The notes below the pieces were generated by a model. That model saw only the letters and a program-made list of their open reading frames with translations. It made no database searches and had not been told where the DNA came from. DNA of 64,000 nt, taken from positions 59,593 to 123,592 of the forward strand of contig VGVZ01000005.1 in NCBI GenBank assembly GCA_016873805.1. Reading direction: 5' to 3'. The number at the start of each line of letters is the position of its first letter. The stretch's first letter is position 1. Position numbers and translations under genes: made by a program. This document shows, piece by piece, positions 51,151 to 61,042 of this stretch. The DNA is from Ignavibacteria bacterium. GTDB lineage: Bacteria; Bacteroidota; Ignavibacteria; UBA10030.

Positions 51151-52800
51151 CTAGAGGTGCATTTTGACCACCTGATGCCGATGCTTGTCGACGATCAGTT
51201 CATCTTTGAGCCAACGCAGAAAATCGAGCCCATATTTGTTAAGGAAGTGAACGATGCTTAGCTCACGTTCCTGAAGATTGGAGAAAGGAAAGAGATGGAG
51301 ATGAGCTTTGTCAATTTGTCGTAACGTGGCCTCGCCTGCTCGTTTCTGGGCCGCGATGGCCTTGTGCTTGAGATTCTCGATCTGATAGCTGATTTTGTTT
51401 TTTGCTGTCGCGACTCCCCCCGCGAGTGTGGGGTCGATCTGCGAAAGTCCCTGTTGGAGAATCTCCAGCGATTCATTCAATCCTGCAATAGTCCCGCCAA
51501 ACAACTCCTCAAGCCTTACATCGGACAATCGACCGGCGACAGTCTCGCCGAGCATTTCCCGATCGCCAAAGAAGTCCTTTACCTCCAGGGAGTATTTCTC
51601 GAGTACTCGTTGAACCCGCTCTTCGATGATCGTGACACTTGCGCGAGGGAAGAGAATGGGCATTTGAATGCCAAATTCCGCATAGACTGTCTGTAGCTGC
51701 GCGAAGTAGGAGATTTCTGCTGGTCCCGCGACGTAGCACGCGGTGGGGAGTAATGCATCCTGGCAAATAGGGCGCAACGCGACGTTTGGACTGAAGAGTT
51801 CTGGATTATTTTCAAGCATCTCCGTCAGGGCCTCCTTTGAGTGTCGCTGGCGTGTGCCCTTCAATGAGTACCCCAGGGGATGGGGTTCGATGAGATGTCG
51901 GCCTCCCTTGTGGAAGAGGAAGAGGTTGATCGGCTTCGGCTTAATCTGAGCGAGATAGTGTTTTTCCAGTTCTACACTCGCGCCGATCATCAGCGTGCAA
52001 GTCTTTGGCGCGTGCTCGATCTCCCGTCGAAAAAGAGGTTTGAGAAGTTGCTTGATCGCGGGATCGTTCGGATCGAGGAAGATGAGACCGGAATCTTCGA
52101 GAAGATCATTCATCAGGTGGACAAATGATCGATTGAACGTCATGCCTTTCTGATAGGCCGTTCGCAGAAGGGACATAACTTGCGGCGTGAATTCCGTTTC
52201 CAGCAACGAGGCGTGGAGTTGATTGATGAGGGAGTCGATCGTCTCATCGAATTCGATTCGGCCAACGGCTCCGTAGTTCGCATCGTCCTTAGCGGTTTCC
52301 GGATTGTACGATGCCTTCAAGAGATTGTTGTCTTTGTCAATGACGTTGATGGAGCGAACCTCTTCAAAGTCATGATCCTCCCCCTCCAGCCAAAATACTG
52401 GAACAAAACTGTAGTCGGGGTACCGTGCAGAGAGTTGTTCCGTAAGCTTGATGGTCGTGAGGGCCTTGTATATCGTATAGAGCGGTCCGGTGAAGATTCC
52501 AACCTGCTGGCCGGTGACAACGGCCACCGTGTTGTCGTTCAGGAGGGCATCGATGTTGGCAAGTGTCCGCACGCCGCAGTGGAATGCACGGTTCTGCAAG
52601 GAGAGGATGTTGACGAGCGTTGAACGGTCGAGTGTTCGCTGCGAGGCAGTAGTGATGCTGCGCTCCCATGCGCGGGGATCCCGAAAATCCGATTCGTAGT
52701 ATTCGTGTACGCGTTCATAGTTCGTTACGTAATCCACGAAGAGTTTCGAGAATGCCGTGGAGGCTGATTGGATCTCGCGGTAATCAAGCCACTGATTCAT
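51151..52800 (-). CDS. bshC: Bacillithiol biosynthesis cysteine-adding enzyme
   Basis: VVTGQQ.G.FTGPLYTIYK, VPVFW..GEDHDFEE, FSPNVALRP, YVAGPAEISYF, LQER; promoter TTGCAG-N17-TATATT at 52862-52834. Confidence 0.92.
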   Translation of the reverse strand: MNQWLDYREIQSASTAFSKLFVDYVTNYERVHEYYESDFRDPRAWERSITTASQRTLDRSTLVNILSLQNRAFHCGVRTLANIDALLNDNTVAVVTGQQVGIFTGPLYTIYKALTTIKLTEQLSARYPDYSFVPVFWLEGEDHDFEEVRSINVIDKDNNLLKASYNPETAKDDANYGAVGRIEFDETIDSLINQLHASLLETEFTPQVMSLLRTAYQKGMTFNRSFVHLMNDLLEDSGLIFLDPNDPAIKQLLKPLFRREIEHAPKTCTLMIGASVELEKHYLAQIKPKPINLFLFHKGGRHLIEPHPLGYSLKGTRQRHSKEALTEMLENNPELFSPNVALRPICQDALLPTACYVAGPAEISYFAQLQTVYAEFGIQMPILFPRASVTIIEERVQRVLEKYSLEVKDFFGDREMLGETVAGRLSDVRLEELFGGTIAGLNESLEILQQGLSQIDPTLAGGVATAKNKISYQIENLKHKAIAAQKRAGEATLRQIDKAHLHLFPFSNLQERELSIVHFLNKYGLDFLRWLKDELIVDKHRHQVVKMHL

Positions 52801-52949
52801 GGGTTGGTCCAGGCGTTCGATTTGGGATAGGCCAATATACCACTTTCACGAATTGACTGCAACCAAATGGACGGAGCCGATTCCAGCTTCCGTCGGTACC
52901 GGCAGATGACGAAAAGGGAACTGAGGCGAGAAGGATGTGACACACCGCA

Positions 52950-53819
52950 CTACAGTCGAACCAGAACGTGTTTGAGCAAGATTGCAAACTGATGCTTCAC
53001 GCGATTGGCAGTCTCAGTGACTTCATCGTGTGTGAGCTTGCTGGGAGAAATTCCTGATGCGAGGTTGGAGATCAGAGAAAGCCCCAGAAGGTCCATCCCA
53101 AGTGTGGCGGCTGCCGAAATCTCCGGGACAGTAGACATTCCAACGGCATCCGCACCGATGCGATGGAGCATCTCGATTTCGGCTACAGTTTCATACGATG
53201 GTCCCTTCAGCCAGCAATAGACCCCTTCGCGCATCGGAAGTCCAATCGCGGATGCCGCATTCCGGACCAGAGCGACGAGTCGAGGCGAGAAGACCGGAGC
53301 CACCCGTTGTCGCGAAGAGCCGCCAGGAAGCTGAGGTGCATTGGGGAGGATGGCGTCCGACGTGTGGAATTGTCGATCTCCAAGAAACGTAAGACTCAGA
53401 ACATCCCGAATGAGCATGAGATCGCCCGGGGAATAGGTGCGATTGATGCCGCCTGCCGCATTGGTGACAATGAGGTCCCGTGCACCAAGGGCGTGGGCGA
53501 CATGGACAGGAAGAACTGTCGGTGTCAAATCTCCGGTTTCATAGAAATGCACTCTCCCCTTGAACACGACCAGCGTCGGCGAGCTCCTGCCGCTATGTCG
53601 TAAGCTTCCGATGACGATCTTCCCCGCGTGTCCGACGACGGTGGAGTGCGGATAGTTCGGTATCGATGACGTCGGTATCGATACTGCATTGTCAAGAAGG
53701 TCGGCGAAATCACCGAGTCCTGAGCCCAGGATGAGCGCAACGGCTGGACGTTTCTTCGTCCGTTTTTGGATATGCCGAACTGTCTCTGAGACCCGGAGTC
53801 GTAAGAAGTCGTAGCTCAT
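52950..53819 (-). CDS. Purine nucleoside phosphorylase (trimeric PNP-I family)
   Basis: LILGSGLG, STVVGHAG, GRVHFYE, TNAAGG, GPSYET, VGMSTVPE. Confidence 0.93.
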   Translation of the reverse strand: MSYDFLRLRVSETVRHIQKRTKKRPAVALILGSGLGDFADLLDNAVSIPTSSIPNYPHSTVVGHAGKIVIGSLRHSGRSSPTLVVFKGRVHFYETGDLTPTVLPVHVAHALGARDLIVTNAAGGINRTYSPGDLMLIRDVLSLTFLGDRQFHTSDAILPNAPQLPGGSSRQRVAPVFSPRLVALVRNAASAIGLPMREGVYCWLKGPSYETVAEIEMLHRIGADAVGMSTVPEISAAATLGMDLLGLSLISNLASGISPSKLTHDEVTETANRVKHQFAILLKHVLVRL

Positions 53820-55178
53820 TTATCCACCGATGAGTATTCCCGCAATGGTGGCAGTGAGGAGAGTTGCCAACGATCCGCCAAGTACTGCACGGAGACCCAG
53901 GGACGCGAGATCCTTGCGTCGATGGGGTGCCATCGGGCTGATGCCCCCGATCTGAATGGCAATCGATGAGAAGTTCGCGAATCCGCACAGGGCAAACGTA
54001 GCCATCGCAATCGCCTTCTCGGAAAAGAGCTTTCCGTCGGCAACGAGCTTCGACATGTCGAGGTAACTGACGAACTCGTTGAGAACGATCTTGGTGCCAA
54101 AAAGGCTTCCGAATTGAAATGCCTCAGCGGAGGGCACGCCGATTGCCAATCCGATGAATTGAAAGATGAAGCCAAGAATCAGCTGGAGATTCAAGGGCTG
54201 GCCATAGCTCGCCTGAAGATATGAATTGATCCCTAACCAACCACCGAGCGCTGCAAGTAAGTAGTTAAACAGTGCAATTAAGGCAATAAATGCCAACAAC
54301 ATAGCACCGACGTTTAGAGCCAATTGAAGGCCGTCAGAAGCTCCTGCCGCAGCCGCCTCGATAACGTTCTTAGACGTCTTTTCGACCTTCACCTTTACAG
54401 ACCCCTTCGTTTGCGGTTCACCAACTTCCGGGAAGATGATCTTTGATATGAGAAGAGCGGCGGGAGCAGCCATGATGGATGCTCCGAGGAGCTGGGCGGC
54501 AAATCTGACTTGAGCGGCCTCCACCGTCAGATTGTGAGTCTGGGCGAACGAGTAGCCGAGCATCTGGACATAGGCAGCCATTACACCGCCAGCGATGGTC
54601 GCCATTCCACCCGTCATCACTGTCAGAAGTTCGGAGTTGGTCATCGTTCCGACAAAGGGGCGGATCATCAACGGGGCTTCGGTCTGACCTACAAAGATGT
54701 TGGCAGTGTTGGAGAGAGACTCCGCGCCGCTGGTTCCCATCAGTCGAGCCATCACCCAGGCCATTCCCTGAACAACCTTCTGCATGACGCCGAGATAATA
54801 CAGAACGGACATGAGACAGGAAAAGAAGATGATTGTGGGGAGGACCTGGAAGGCGAAGAAGAACCCGAGTGATTCCGGCGTTCCCGGTCCGTTCGCCAGA
54901 TTACCGAAGACAAACCGCGCCCCCTCCGTTGTGAACCCCAGAATCACCACAAAACCCTCAGCGATTGATTCAAAGAAGAGTTTTGGCCACCCAAGCGGGG
55001 CGAAGACCTCTCCCAGAACACGCCCCTTGATGACAAGCACACCAAAAACGATTTGAATACCGAGGCCGGTCGCGACAAGTCTCCAATTCACTCGCCGCTT
55101 GTTGTTCGAAAAGATGAAGGCGATCCCAAGCACAACAGCTATTCCAAGGAGGCCATGGAGAATGGAGGGAATGCTCAT
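53820..55178 (-). CDS. CNT/NupC family nucleoside:cation symporter
   Basis: FAFQVLPTIIFFS, NIFVGQTEAPL, NEFVSY, LCGFANFSSI. Confidence 0.93.
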   Translation of the reverse strand: MSIPSILHGLLGIAVVLGIAFIFSNNKRRVNWRLVATGLGIQIVFGVLVIKGRVLGEVFAPLGWPKLFFESIAEGFVVILGFTTEGARFVFGNLANGPGTPESLGFFFAFQVLPTIIFFSCLMSVLYYLGVMQKVVQGMAWVMARLMGTSGAESLSNTANIFVGQTEAPLMIRPFVGTMTNSELLTVMTGGMATIAGGVMAAYVQMLGYSFAQTHNLTVEAAQVRFAAQLLGASIMAAPAALLISKIIFPEVGEPQTKGSVKVKVEKTSKNVIEAAAAGASDGLQLALNVGAMLLAFIALIALFNYLLAALGGWLGINSYLQASYGQPLNLQLILGFIFQFIGLAIGVPSAEAFQFGSLFGTKIVLNEFVSYLDMSKLVADGKLFSEKAIAMATFALCGFANFSSIAIQIGGISPMAPHRRKDLASLGLRAVLGGSLATLLTATIAGILIGG

Positions 55179-55313
55179 GATTGTACTCCGGTGCTCAAAG
55201 GGTGGGAAATATGTTCACTGCCGTTGCGCGAGTAGTCTGCTTGCATGTGCTGTTGAGCTCCGTCGGGACGGTGAGTGGGATCGATTCGCCCCGACCGGCC
55301 GGTGAGACTCCCG

Positions 55314-55889
55314 CTATTCGTTAGGCGGTTCAAAGCAGTGGCGGCAACGCGCTTCGTAAATGTCTTTCGCGCCGATGACGACAAGGTCATGTTGCTGAGT
55401 CTTTCGCTGAGTTCGATCAGCCGGATTGCCACAGACCATGCAGATGGCGAGGGTCTTCGTGATATACTCAGCAACAGCCAAGAGAGAAGGTATGGGGGAA
55501 AAAGGTCTCCCGCGGTAATCCTGATCGAGTCCCGCCACGATTACCCGCTTTCCCTGGTTGGCGAGTTCTTCGCAGACGGAGACGAGGCTCTCGTCGAAGA
55601 ACTGTGCCTCATCGATGCCGATGACTTGCGCGTTTTTCGTGAGAGGCGGAATTTCGGTCGCATGTTGCACGGCGTGGGATACCAGTGATTGATCGCTGTG
55701 CGAAACGATATGGTCGCTGCTGAATCTGGTATCGATTCGGGGCTTGAAGACAGCTACGTTCTGACGAGCGATCTGAGCGCGTCTCATGCGCCTGATAAGT
55801 TCTTCAGTCTTTCCGCTGAACATGCACCCGCAGATGACTTCAATCCAGCCGGTATCGCGCGGGACGAGATGTTGCGACCATGTATCCAT
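55314..55889 (-). CDS. tdk: Thymidine kinase
   Basis: GCMFSGKTEE, IGIDEAQF, AGLDQD, C..C and YEARCRHC zinc site. Confidence 0.95.
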   Translation of the reverse strand: MDTWSQHLVPRDTGWIEVICGCMFSGKTEELIRRMRRAQIARQNVAVFKPRIDTRFSSDHIVSHSDQSLVSHAVQHATEIPPLTKNAQVIGIDEAQFFDESLVSVCEELANQGKRVIVAGLDQDYRGRPFSPIPSLLAVAEYITKTLAICMVCGNPADRTQRKTQQHDLVVIGAKDIYEARCRHCFEPPNE

Positions 55890-55901
55890 GAACTTCAACC
55901 T

Positions 55902-56339
55902 CTATGATCGGTGTGGATTTTTCAGATTCTTTGGGGTGAAGGCAAGTGGAAGAAGCTCTTTCAGCTTCACAATTTCCATCTCACCCTTCGCATTGGCCAT
56001 GATAAAATCGATGTTGCCGGCCAGGTCCATCAGAACTTGACGGCAGGCTCCGCAGGGGGGGGTGAATCCCGATTCGTCGGAAATCACAGCAATGGCTCGA
56101 AAATTCCGCTCTCCTTCGGAAATCGCCTTGAAAACGGCTGTACGCTCCGCACAGATCGTAAGACCGTAGCTGCTGTTTTCGATATTGCAGCCGGTGTAGA
56201 TCCGTCCATCCGTCGCGAGTAAGGCTGCGCCGACGTGGAAATTCGAAAACGGCGCGTGTGCCAGCCGGCGCACTGATTGGGCAACCGAGACAAGTTGCTT
56301 GTACTGGGTCAGTTTGGAAGATGGTCTTCGTGGGGCCAC
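55902..56339 (-). CDS. cdd: Cytidine deaminase
   Basis: APFSNFHVGAA, GCNIEN.SYG..CAER, PCGACRQ; GTG start chosen downstream of promoter TTGCTT-N17-TATATT (56415-56387). Confidence 0.93.
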   Translation of the reverse strand: MAPRRPSSKLTQYKQLVSVAQSVRRLAHAPFSNFHVGAALLATDGRIYTGCNIENSSYGLTICAERTAVFKAISEGERNFRAIAVISDESGFTPPCGACRQVLMDLAGNIDFIMANAKGEMEIVKLKELLPLAFTPKNLKNPHRS

Positions 56340-56584
56340 AGGAGTGTCATTCCGCGTGCTGGTGATAGTGAATTCCAAGGCCGGAAAATATAGCCAAGAT
56401 TGGATTGAGAAGCAATTTGACATCTGATTTGAGGAATCAACATGTGGATCCTGAATCAGACTTCAGTTGATGGGAATGGTGAAGAAAGATAAGATCGATC
56501 TGCCGAGTTGACGGTGTTCGACGCATGAGTTCCTGACGTATTGTAAGTCAGGGCAAGAAACGCTATATTTTTCCCGTATTTGCC

Positions 56585-57352
56585 ATGACGAAGAAGAAAA
56601 GAACATTGAAGCTCAATTTGCGACGTGCCGCGATCGTGGGCGTCATTGGGATCGCCGGGTTACTCCTTCTCGACTGGGTGGTCATGCCGATCTACGTGCA
56701 GCAGGGGAAAACCACGAGGGTTCCGCATGTCGTTGGGCTAACTGAAGAAGAAGCAATGCGTCTCCTGGCTGATCACGGCCTGCAGGGACATCGTGGGGAT
56801 GTACGGGTGGACAAGTACTATCCTGTCGGATCAGTCGCATTTCAGAACCCGCCTGCAGATGCAGAGGTGAAGTTCGGTCGGGGAGTCTACTTGACGATTA
56901 GCAGTGGGGAGAATCAAGTCATCATGCCGGCGCTGAGGGGGCGATCGCTGCGCGATGCGTCGCTGGTGGTGGAGCGACTTGGGTTCCGTCTGGGTGAAGT
57001 GCGTTACGCGGTTTCCACCGAATTCCCCGAAAACACGATCATTGAGCAGTCGGTGCCGGAATCTACCCGAGTGAAGCCGGGGAGTTCGATTTCCTTCATC
57101 GTCAGCCAGGGTCCCAGCACCGACCGGATTCCTGTGCCGTTTGTGGTCAAGCGACCATTGGCAGAGGCACAACGAATGATCTTGAACGCCGGGCTCAATG
57201 TCGGCCAGATCACGTATCAAGCGAGCCTGGAGCTTCTTCCCAACACGGTCATCGACCAATATCCGCGGTTCGGCAGCTTTGTGGCTTCAGGCGACTCCAT
57301 TGCTCTCTTCGTTGCGCAAAAAACAGACACTTCGGCGGTCCGTGAGTACTAA
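56585..57352 (+). CDS. Membrane-anchored triple-PASTA domain protein (no kinase)
   Basis: N-terminal TM, three VP..VG/..Q.P repeats; promoter TTGTAA-N17-TATATT at 56541-56569. Confidence 0.88.
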   Translation: MTKKKRTLKLNLRRAAIVGVIGIAGLLLLDWVVMPIYVQQGKTTRVPHVVGLTEEEAMRLLADHGLQGHRGDVRVDKYYPVGSVAFQNPPADAEVKFGRGVYLTISSGENQVIMPALRGRSLRDASLVVERLGFRLGEVRYAVSTEFPENTIIEQSVPESTRVKPGSSISFIVSQGPSTDRIPVPFVVKRPLAEAQRMILNAGLNVGQITYQASLELLPNTVIDQYPRFGSFVASGDSIALFVAQKTDTSAVREY

Positions 57353-58016
57353 TCCACTCCCAATCATCGTTGCGCCTTCCGTGCTTGCTTCGGATTTCGC
57401 GAATCTTCGTGAAAACCTCACCAGGATCGAGGCGGGGGGAGCGGAATGGGTCCATCTTGACGTCATGGATGGGCATTTTGTCCCGAATATCACGTTCGGC
57501 CCGCCTGTCATTCGATCGATTCGGAAGCATTCAACGCTTGTGTTTGATACACACCTGATGATTGAGGAACCGGATCGGTATCTTGGTGCTTTTCGTGCGG
57601 CTGGGGCTGACATTATCACGGTGCATCAGGAAGTTTGTCCGAACCTGGAGCGCACGATCGCGAAAATCAAGGGACTGGGAGCGAAGACTGGCGTGGCAAT
57701 TAATCCTGCCACATCGGTGGACGTTCTCGAGGAGTTTCTCCACGACCTCGATCTTGTTCTTGTCATGTCCGTACATCCGGGCTTTGGCGGTCAGGAATTC
57801 ATGAAGGAATCGATTGACAAGATCTCGCGGTTGCGCCGGCTGATTGATCATGCGCATCTTTCGGTCCATCTTGAAGTAGATGGCGGGATTGATGCGCGGA
57901 CAGCAGGCCAGGTGGTGGCCGCGGGGGCGAACGTGCTTGTTGCGGGGACGGCCATCTTTGGCCACCCCTCGCCGGAGAGAGCCGTTCGGGAATTGAGGGA
58001 AGCGGCAATGAGCTAG
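57342..58016 (+). CDS. rpe: Ribulose-phosphate 3-epimerase
   Basis: APSVLASDF, HLDVMDGHFVPNITFG, MSVHPGFGGQ, EVDGGI. Confidence 0.96.
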   Translation: MSTNPLPIIVAPSVLASDFANLRENLTRIEAGGAEWVHLDVMDGHFVPNITFGPPVIRSIRKHSTLVFDTHLMIEEPDRYLGAFRAAGADIITVHQEVCPNLERTIAKIKGLGAKTGVAINPATSVDVLEEFLHDLDLVLVMSVHPGFGGQEFMKESIDKISRLRRLIDHAHLSVHLEVDGGIDARTAGQVVAAGANVLVAGTAIFGHPSPERAVRELREAAMS

Positions 58017-58057
58017 CGTGATAGGGTGCAGCAAGGAATTGTGGAAGGATGTTCTCG

Positions 58058-58091
58058 ATGCCCGTGGGTGCCACACCCGCGGGCATTTTTT
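58058..58091 (+). terminator. Intrinsic terminator after rpe
   Basis: ATGCCCGTGGGTG / CACCCGCGGGCAT stem plus T tract. Confidence 0.8.
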
Positions 58092-58106
58092 GTTGAAAAA
58101 TACCTC

Positions 58107-58173
58107 TTGACAAAGTCGCATGATGAGCTTATATTTGTAGCCACGGAGCTGTTTCAACCTTAATTAGTAAGGT
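58107..58173 (+). promoter_or_regulatory. Promoter and candidate palindromic operator for lrp-glnA
   Basis: TTGACA-N17-TATATT (58107-58135); ACCTTA-N5-TAAGGT (58157-58173). Confidence 0.6.
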
Positions 58174-58196
58174 CAGTATACAAGAAGACCGACATT

Positions 58197-58667
58197 ATGA
58201 AACCACACGCGCTTGATGAGATTGACGTGAAATTGTTGGAGGTTCTGCAGGAGGATGGAAGAACGAAACGGAACGAATTGGCCGAAATCGTCGGGCTCTC
58301 CCTTCCGGCGGTGAGCGAGCGCCTGCGAAAACTCGAAGAGTCGGGATACATCCTCGGATACGCCGCCAGGTTAGATCACAAAATGCTGAGCCGGGATGTG
58401 ACGGCGTTCATCCTTGTGACCGTAGATTCATCGAAGCATTTCTCGTCGTTTGTCGAGAACGTCCATCATCACGATGAAATCCTCGAATGCCACGCAATCA
58501 CCGGCGATGGAACGCATCTGCTGAAAGTGCGTACCTACAATACGGCCTCACTCGAAAAAATGCTTGCAAGGATACAGTCGTGGAACGGTGTCGCAAAAAC
58601 AACCACGAGCGTGGTGCTCTCGAGCACCAAAGAGACATTGCGATTGAAACTCAATAAACCGAAATAA
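58197..58667 (+). CDS. Lrp/AsnC family transcriptional regulator
   Basis: [44 protein letters not shown]. Confidence 0.93.
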   Translation: MKPHALDEIDVKLLEVLQEDGRTKRNELAEIVGLSLPAVSERLRKLEESGYILGYAARLDHKMLSRDVTAFILVTVDSSKHFSSFVENVHHHDEILECHAITGDGTHLLKVRTYNTASLEKMLARIQSWNGVAKTTTSVVLSSTKETLRLKLNKPK

Positions 58668-58693
58668 TCACTCAAAGAGAGGGAGAGACGTTC

Positions 58694-60130
58694 ATGTCTA
58701 CCGAAACAAAATCGCTGCCAGGTGTTGCGGAGGTTTTGGACATCATCAAATCGAATGATGTCAAAGTGATTGATCTGAAGTTCTGCGATCTGCTGGGACA
58801 ATGGCAGCATTTTTCGCTCACCGCCAAGGAGTTCACCGGCGAGATCTTCGAAGAAGGGATGGGCTTTGACGGATCAAGTATCAGGGGTTTCCAGAAGATC
58901 CACGAGAGCGACATGATTCTCTTCCCCGATCCGAGTTCTGCGTTCCTTGACCCGTTTACCCAGGTTCCGACACTCAGTCTGACATGCGACATCGCAGATC
59001 CAATCACCAGAGAGAGCTATGCACGAGATCCACGGAACGTAGCCAAACGTGCCGAGAATTATTTGAAGTCTTCCGGGATCGCAGATACCGCATTCTTCGG
59101 ACCAGAACCGGAGTTCTTCATCCTCGATCATATTCGGTACGACCAATCGCACCATTTCGGATACTACTACATCGATTCCGAGGAAGGATTCTGGAACAGC
59201 GGCAGCAACGGCACGCAGAACCTCGGTCACAAACCGCGCTACAAGGAAGGGTACTTCCCGACATCACCAATCGACACGCTCCAGGATCTCCGAACAGATA
59301 TGGTTCTGACGCTCGAAGCCGTGGGGATCAATGTCGAGGTACACCATCATGAAGTGGCCACCGCGGGGCAGACCGAAATCGATATGCGCCGGGACACGCT
59401 CACCAAAATGGCGGACAACTTCCTGGTGTACAAGTACGTGACGAAGAATGTCGCGAAGAAACATGGCAAAACGGTTACCTTCATGGCCAAGCCGATTTAC
59501 GGCGACAACGGATCGGGCATGCACGTTCACCAGAGTCTCTGGAAAGGAGGAAAGCCCCTTTTCTCCGGCAACGGCTATGCCGGACTGAGCGAGATGGCAC
59601 TCTACTACATTGGGGGGATTCTGAAGCACGCTCCCGCCCTCTGTGCGATTTCCAACCCGACAACGAATTCCTACAAACGGCTTGTCCCCGGGTATGAAGC
59701 GCCTGTCAATTTGGCTTATTCTCAGCGGAATCGGTCCGCCGCCGTCCGGATCCCAATGTACTCGTCAAATCCGAAGGCAAAGCGGATCGAGTTTCGATGT
59801 CCCGACCCAATGTGCAATCCGTATCTCGCGTTCGCGGCCATGATGATGGCGGGGATCGATGGAATCATCAACAAGATTCATCCGGGCAATCCTCTCGACA
59901 AAGACATTTACGATATGCCTCCCGAGGAACTCCGGGACGTGCCGTCGACTCCCGGTTCGCTCGAAGAGGCTCTCAACGCCCTTGCCGATGATCATGAGTT
60001 CATGCTGCGCGGCGATGTGTTCAGCGAAGACTTGATCAAGACATGGATCGAATACAAGATGGCGAAAGAGGTGAAACCGATGCAGCTCCGACCACACCCG
60101 TACGAGTTCGTTCTCTACTATGATGTGTGA
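58694..60130 (+). CDS. glnA: Glutamine synthetase type I (adenylylatable)
   Basis: [46 protein letters not shown]. Confidence 0.97.
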   Translation: MSTETKSLPGVAEVLDIIKSNDVKVIDLKFCDLLGQWQHFSLTAKEFTGEIFEEGMGFDGSSIRGFQKIHESDMILFPDPSSAFLDPFTQVPTLSLTCDIADPITRESYARDPRNVAKRAENYLKSSGIADTAFFGPEPEFFILDHIRYDQSHHFGYYYIDSEEGFWNSGSNGTQNLGHKPRYKEGYFPTSPIDTLQDLRTDMVLTLEAVGINVEVHHHEVATAGQTEIDMRRDTLTKMADNFLVYKYVTKNVAKKHGKTVTFMAKPIYGDNGSGMHVHQSLWKGGKPLFSGNGYAGLSEMALYYIGGILKHAPALCAISNPTTNSYKRLVPGYEAPVNLAYSQRNRSAAVRIPMYSSNPKAKRIEFRCPDPMCNPYLAFAAMMMAGIDGIINKIHPGNPLDKDIYDMPPEELRDVPSTPGSLEEALNALADDHEFMLRGDVFSEDLIKTWIEYKMAKEVKPMQLRPHPYEFVLYYDV

Positions 60131-60156
60131 TACGGTATCGGGGTGATGAGGCAAAC

Positions 60157-60198
60157 GAGATCCCGTCCCGATTGTTCTCGGGGCGGGTTTCTTGTTTT
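60157..60198 (+). terminator. Terminator after glnA
   Basis: GAGATCCCGTCCCGA / TCGGGGCGGGTTTC stem plus T-rich tail. Confidence 0.65.
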
Positions 60199-60259
60199 CA
60201 GGCGATTTCTTGCATTTCACCGCGCTTCTGGCTATTTTCTTTCCGCAGTTCCTTCCCTT

Positions 60260-61042
60260 ATGGACTATACGCGCATCAAATACGAGGTTGATCAACGCGT
60301 CTGCACGATCTCGCTGAGCCGCCCCGAGAAGCGAAACGCTTTCGACGACAAGATGGTGGCCGAGCTCACCACAGCCTTTTACCAGGCCCAGAAGGATTCG
60401 AAATCAAAGGTTATACTTCTCAAGGGGGAAGGCGATGCCTTTTGCGCGGGGGCCGATCTGGCGTACCTGCAACGCATTTCGAAGTTCGACTTCAATCAGA
60501 ACCAGGAAGACTCATCGAGCTTGATGAAGCTCTTGCTGCAGATCTACTCAAACCGGAAGCCGGTCATTGCCGTCGTTCGTGGGCCTGCGATCGCCGGCGG
60601 GTGTGGTCTGGCGACCGTGTGCGATATCATCGTGGCCTCGAAGGAGACCGCGATGTTCGGTTACACGGAAGTACGGATTGGCTTCATCCCTGCCTTGGTG
60701 ATGGTGTTTCTCGTTCGAAGAATTGGGGAGGGACGTGCGCGTGAGTTGGCGTTGCGCGGGAATCTCCTCACGGCCGATGAAGCATACACCATCGGCCTGG
60801 TCAATCATGTTGTACCCGAAACAGAACTCGACAAGCGCGCACAGGAACTCGCCCAGGAGCTGATCAAGAAATCGAGTGCCTCATCGATGGGCTTGATCAA
60901 GGAACTCATCGCGAGAATCCATGGAATGTCGACAAGCGACGCGCTTGACTATGCGGCGAATCTGAACGCTCTGACGCGCATGACCGACGACTGCAAAAAG
61001 GGGATCGAGGCCTTCCTGAAGAAGGAGTCCATCAAATGGTAA
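60260..61042 (+). CDS. Crotonase-family enoyl-CoA hydratase, methylglutaconyl-CoA hydratase (LiuC)-like
   Basis: RPEKRNAF, FCAGADL, AIAGGCGL, FGYTEVRIGFIPA; promoter TTGCAT-N17-TATTTT at 60210-60238. Confidence 0.8.
   Translation: MDYTRIKYEVDQRVCTISLSRPEKRNAFDDKMVAELTTAFYQAQKDSKSKVILLKGEGDAFCAGADLAYLQRISKFDFNQNQEDSSSLMKLLLQIYSNRKPVIAVVRGPAIAGGCGLATVCDIIVASKETAMFGYTEVRIGFIPALVMVFLVRRIGEGRARELALRGNLLTADEAYTIGLVNHVVPETELDKRAQELAQELIKKSSASSMGLIKELIARIHGMSTSDALDYAANLNALTRMTDDCKKGIEAFLKKESIKW

Noticed and set aside
56442-56492. 16-aa ORF (MWILNQTSVDGNGEER) with GAGGA SD
   Set aside because: Lies between divergent promoters with no matching promoter of its own; probably chance.
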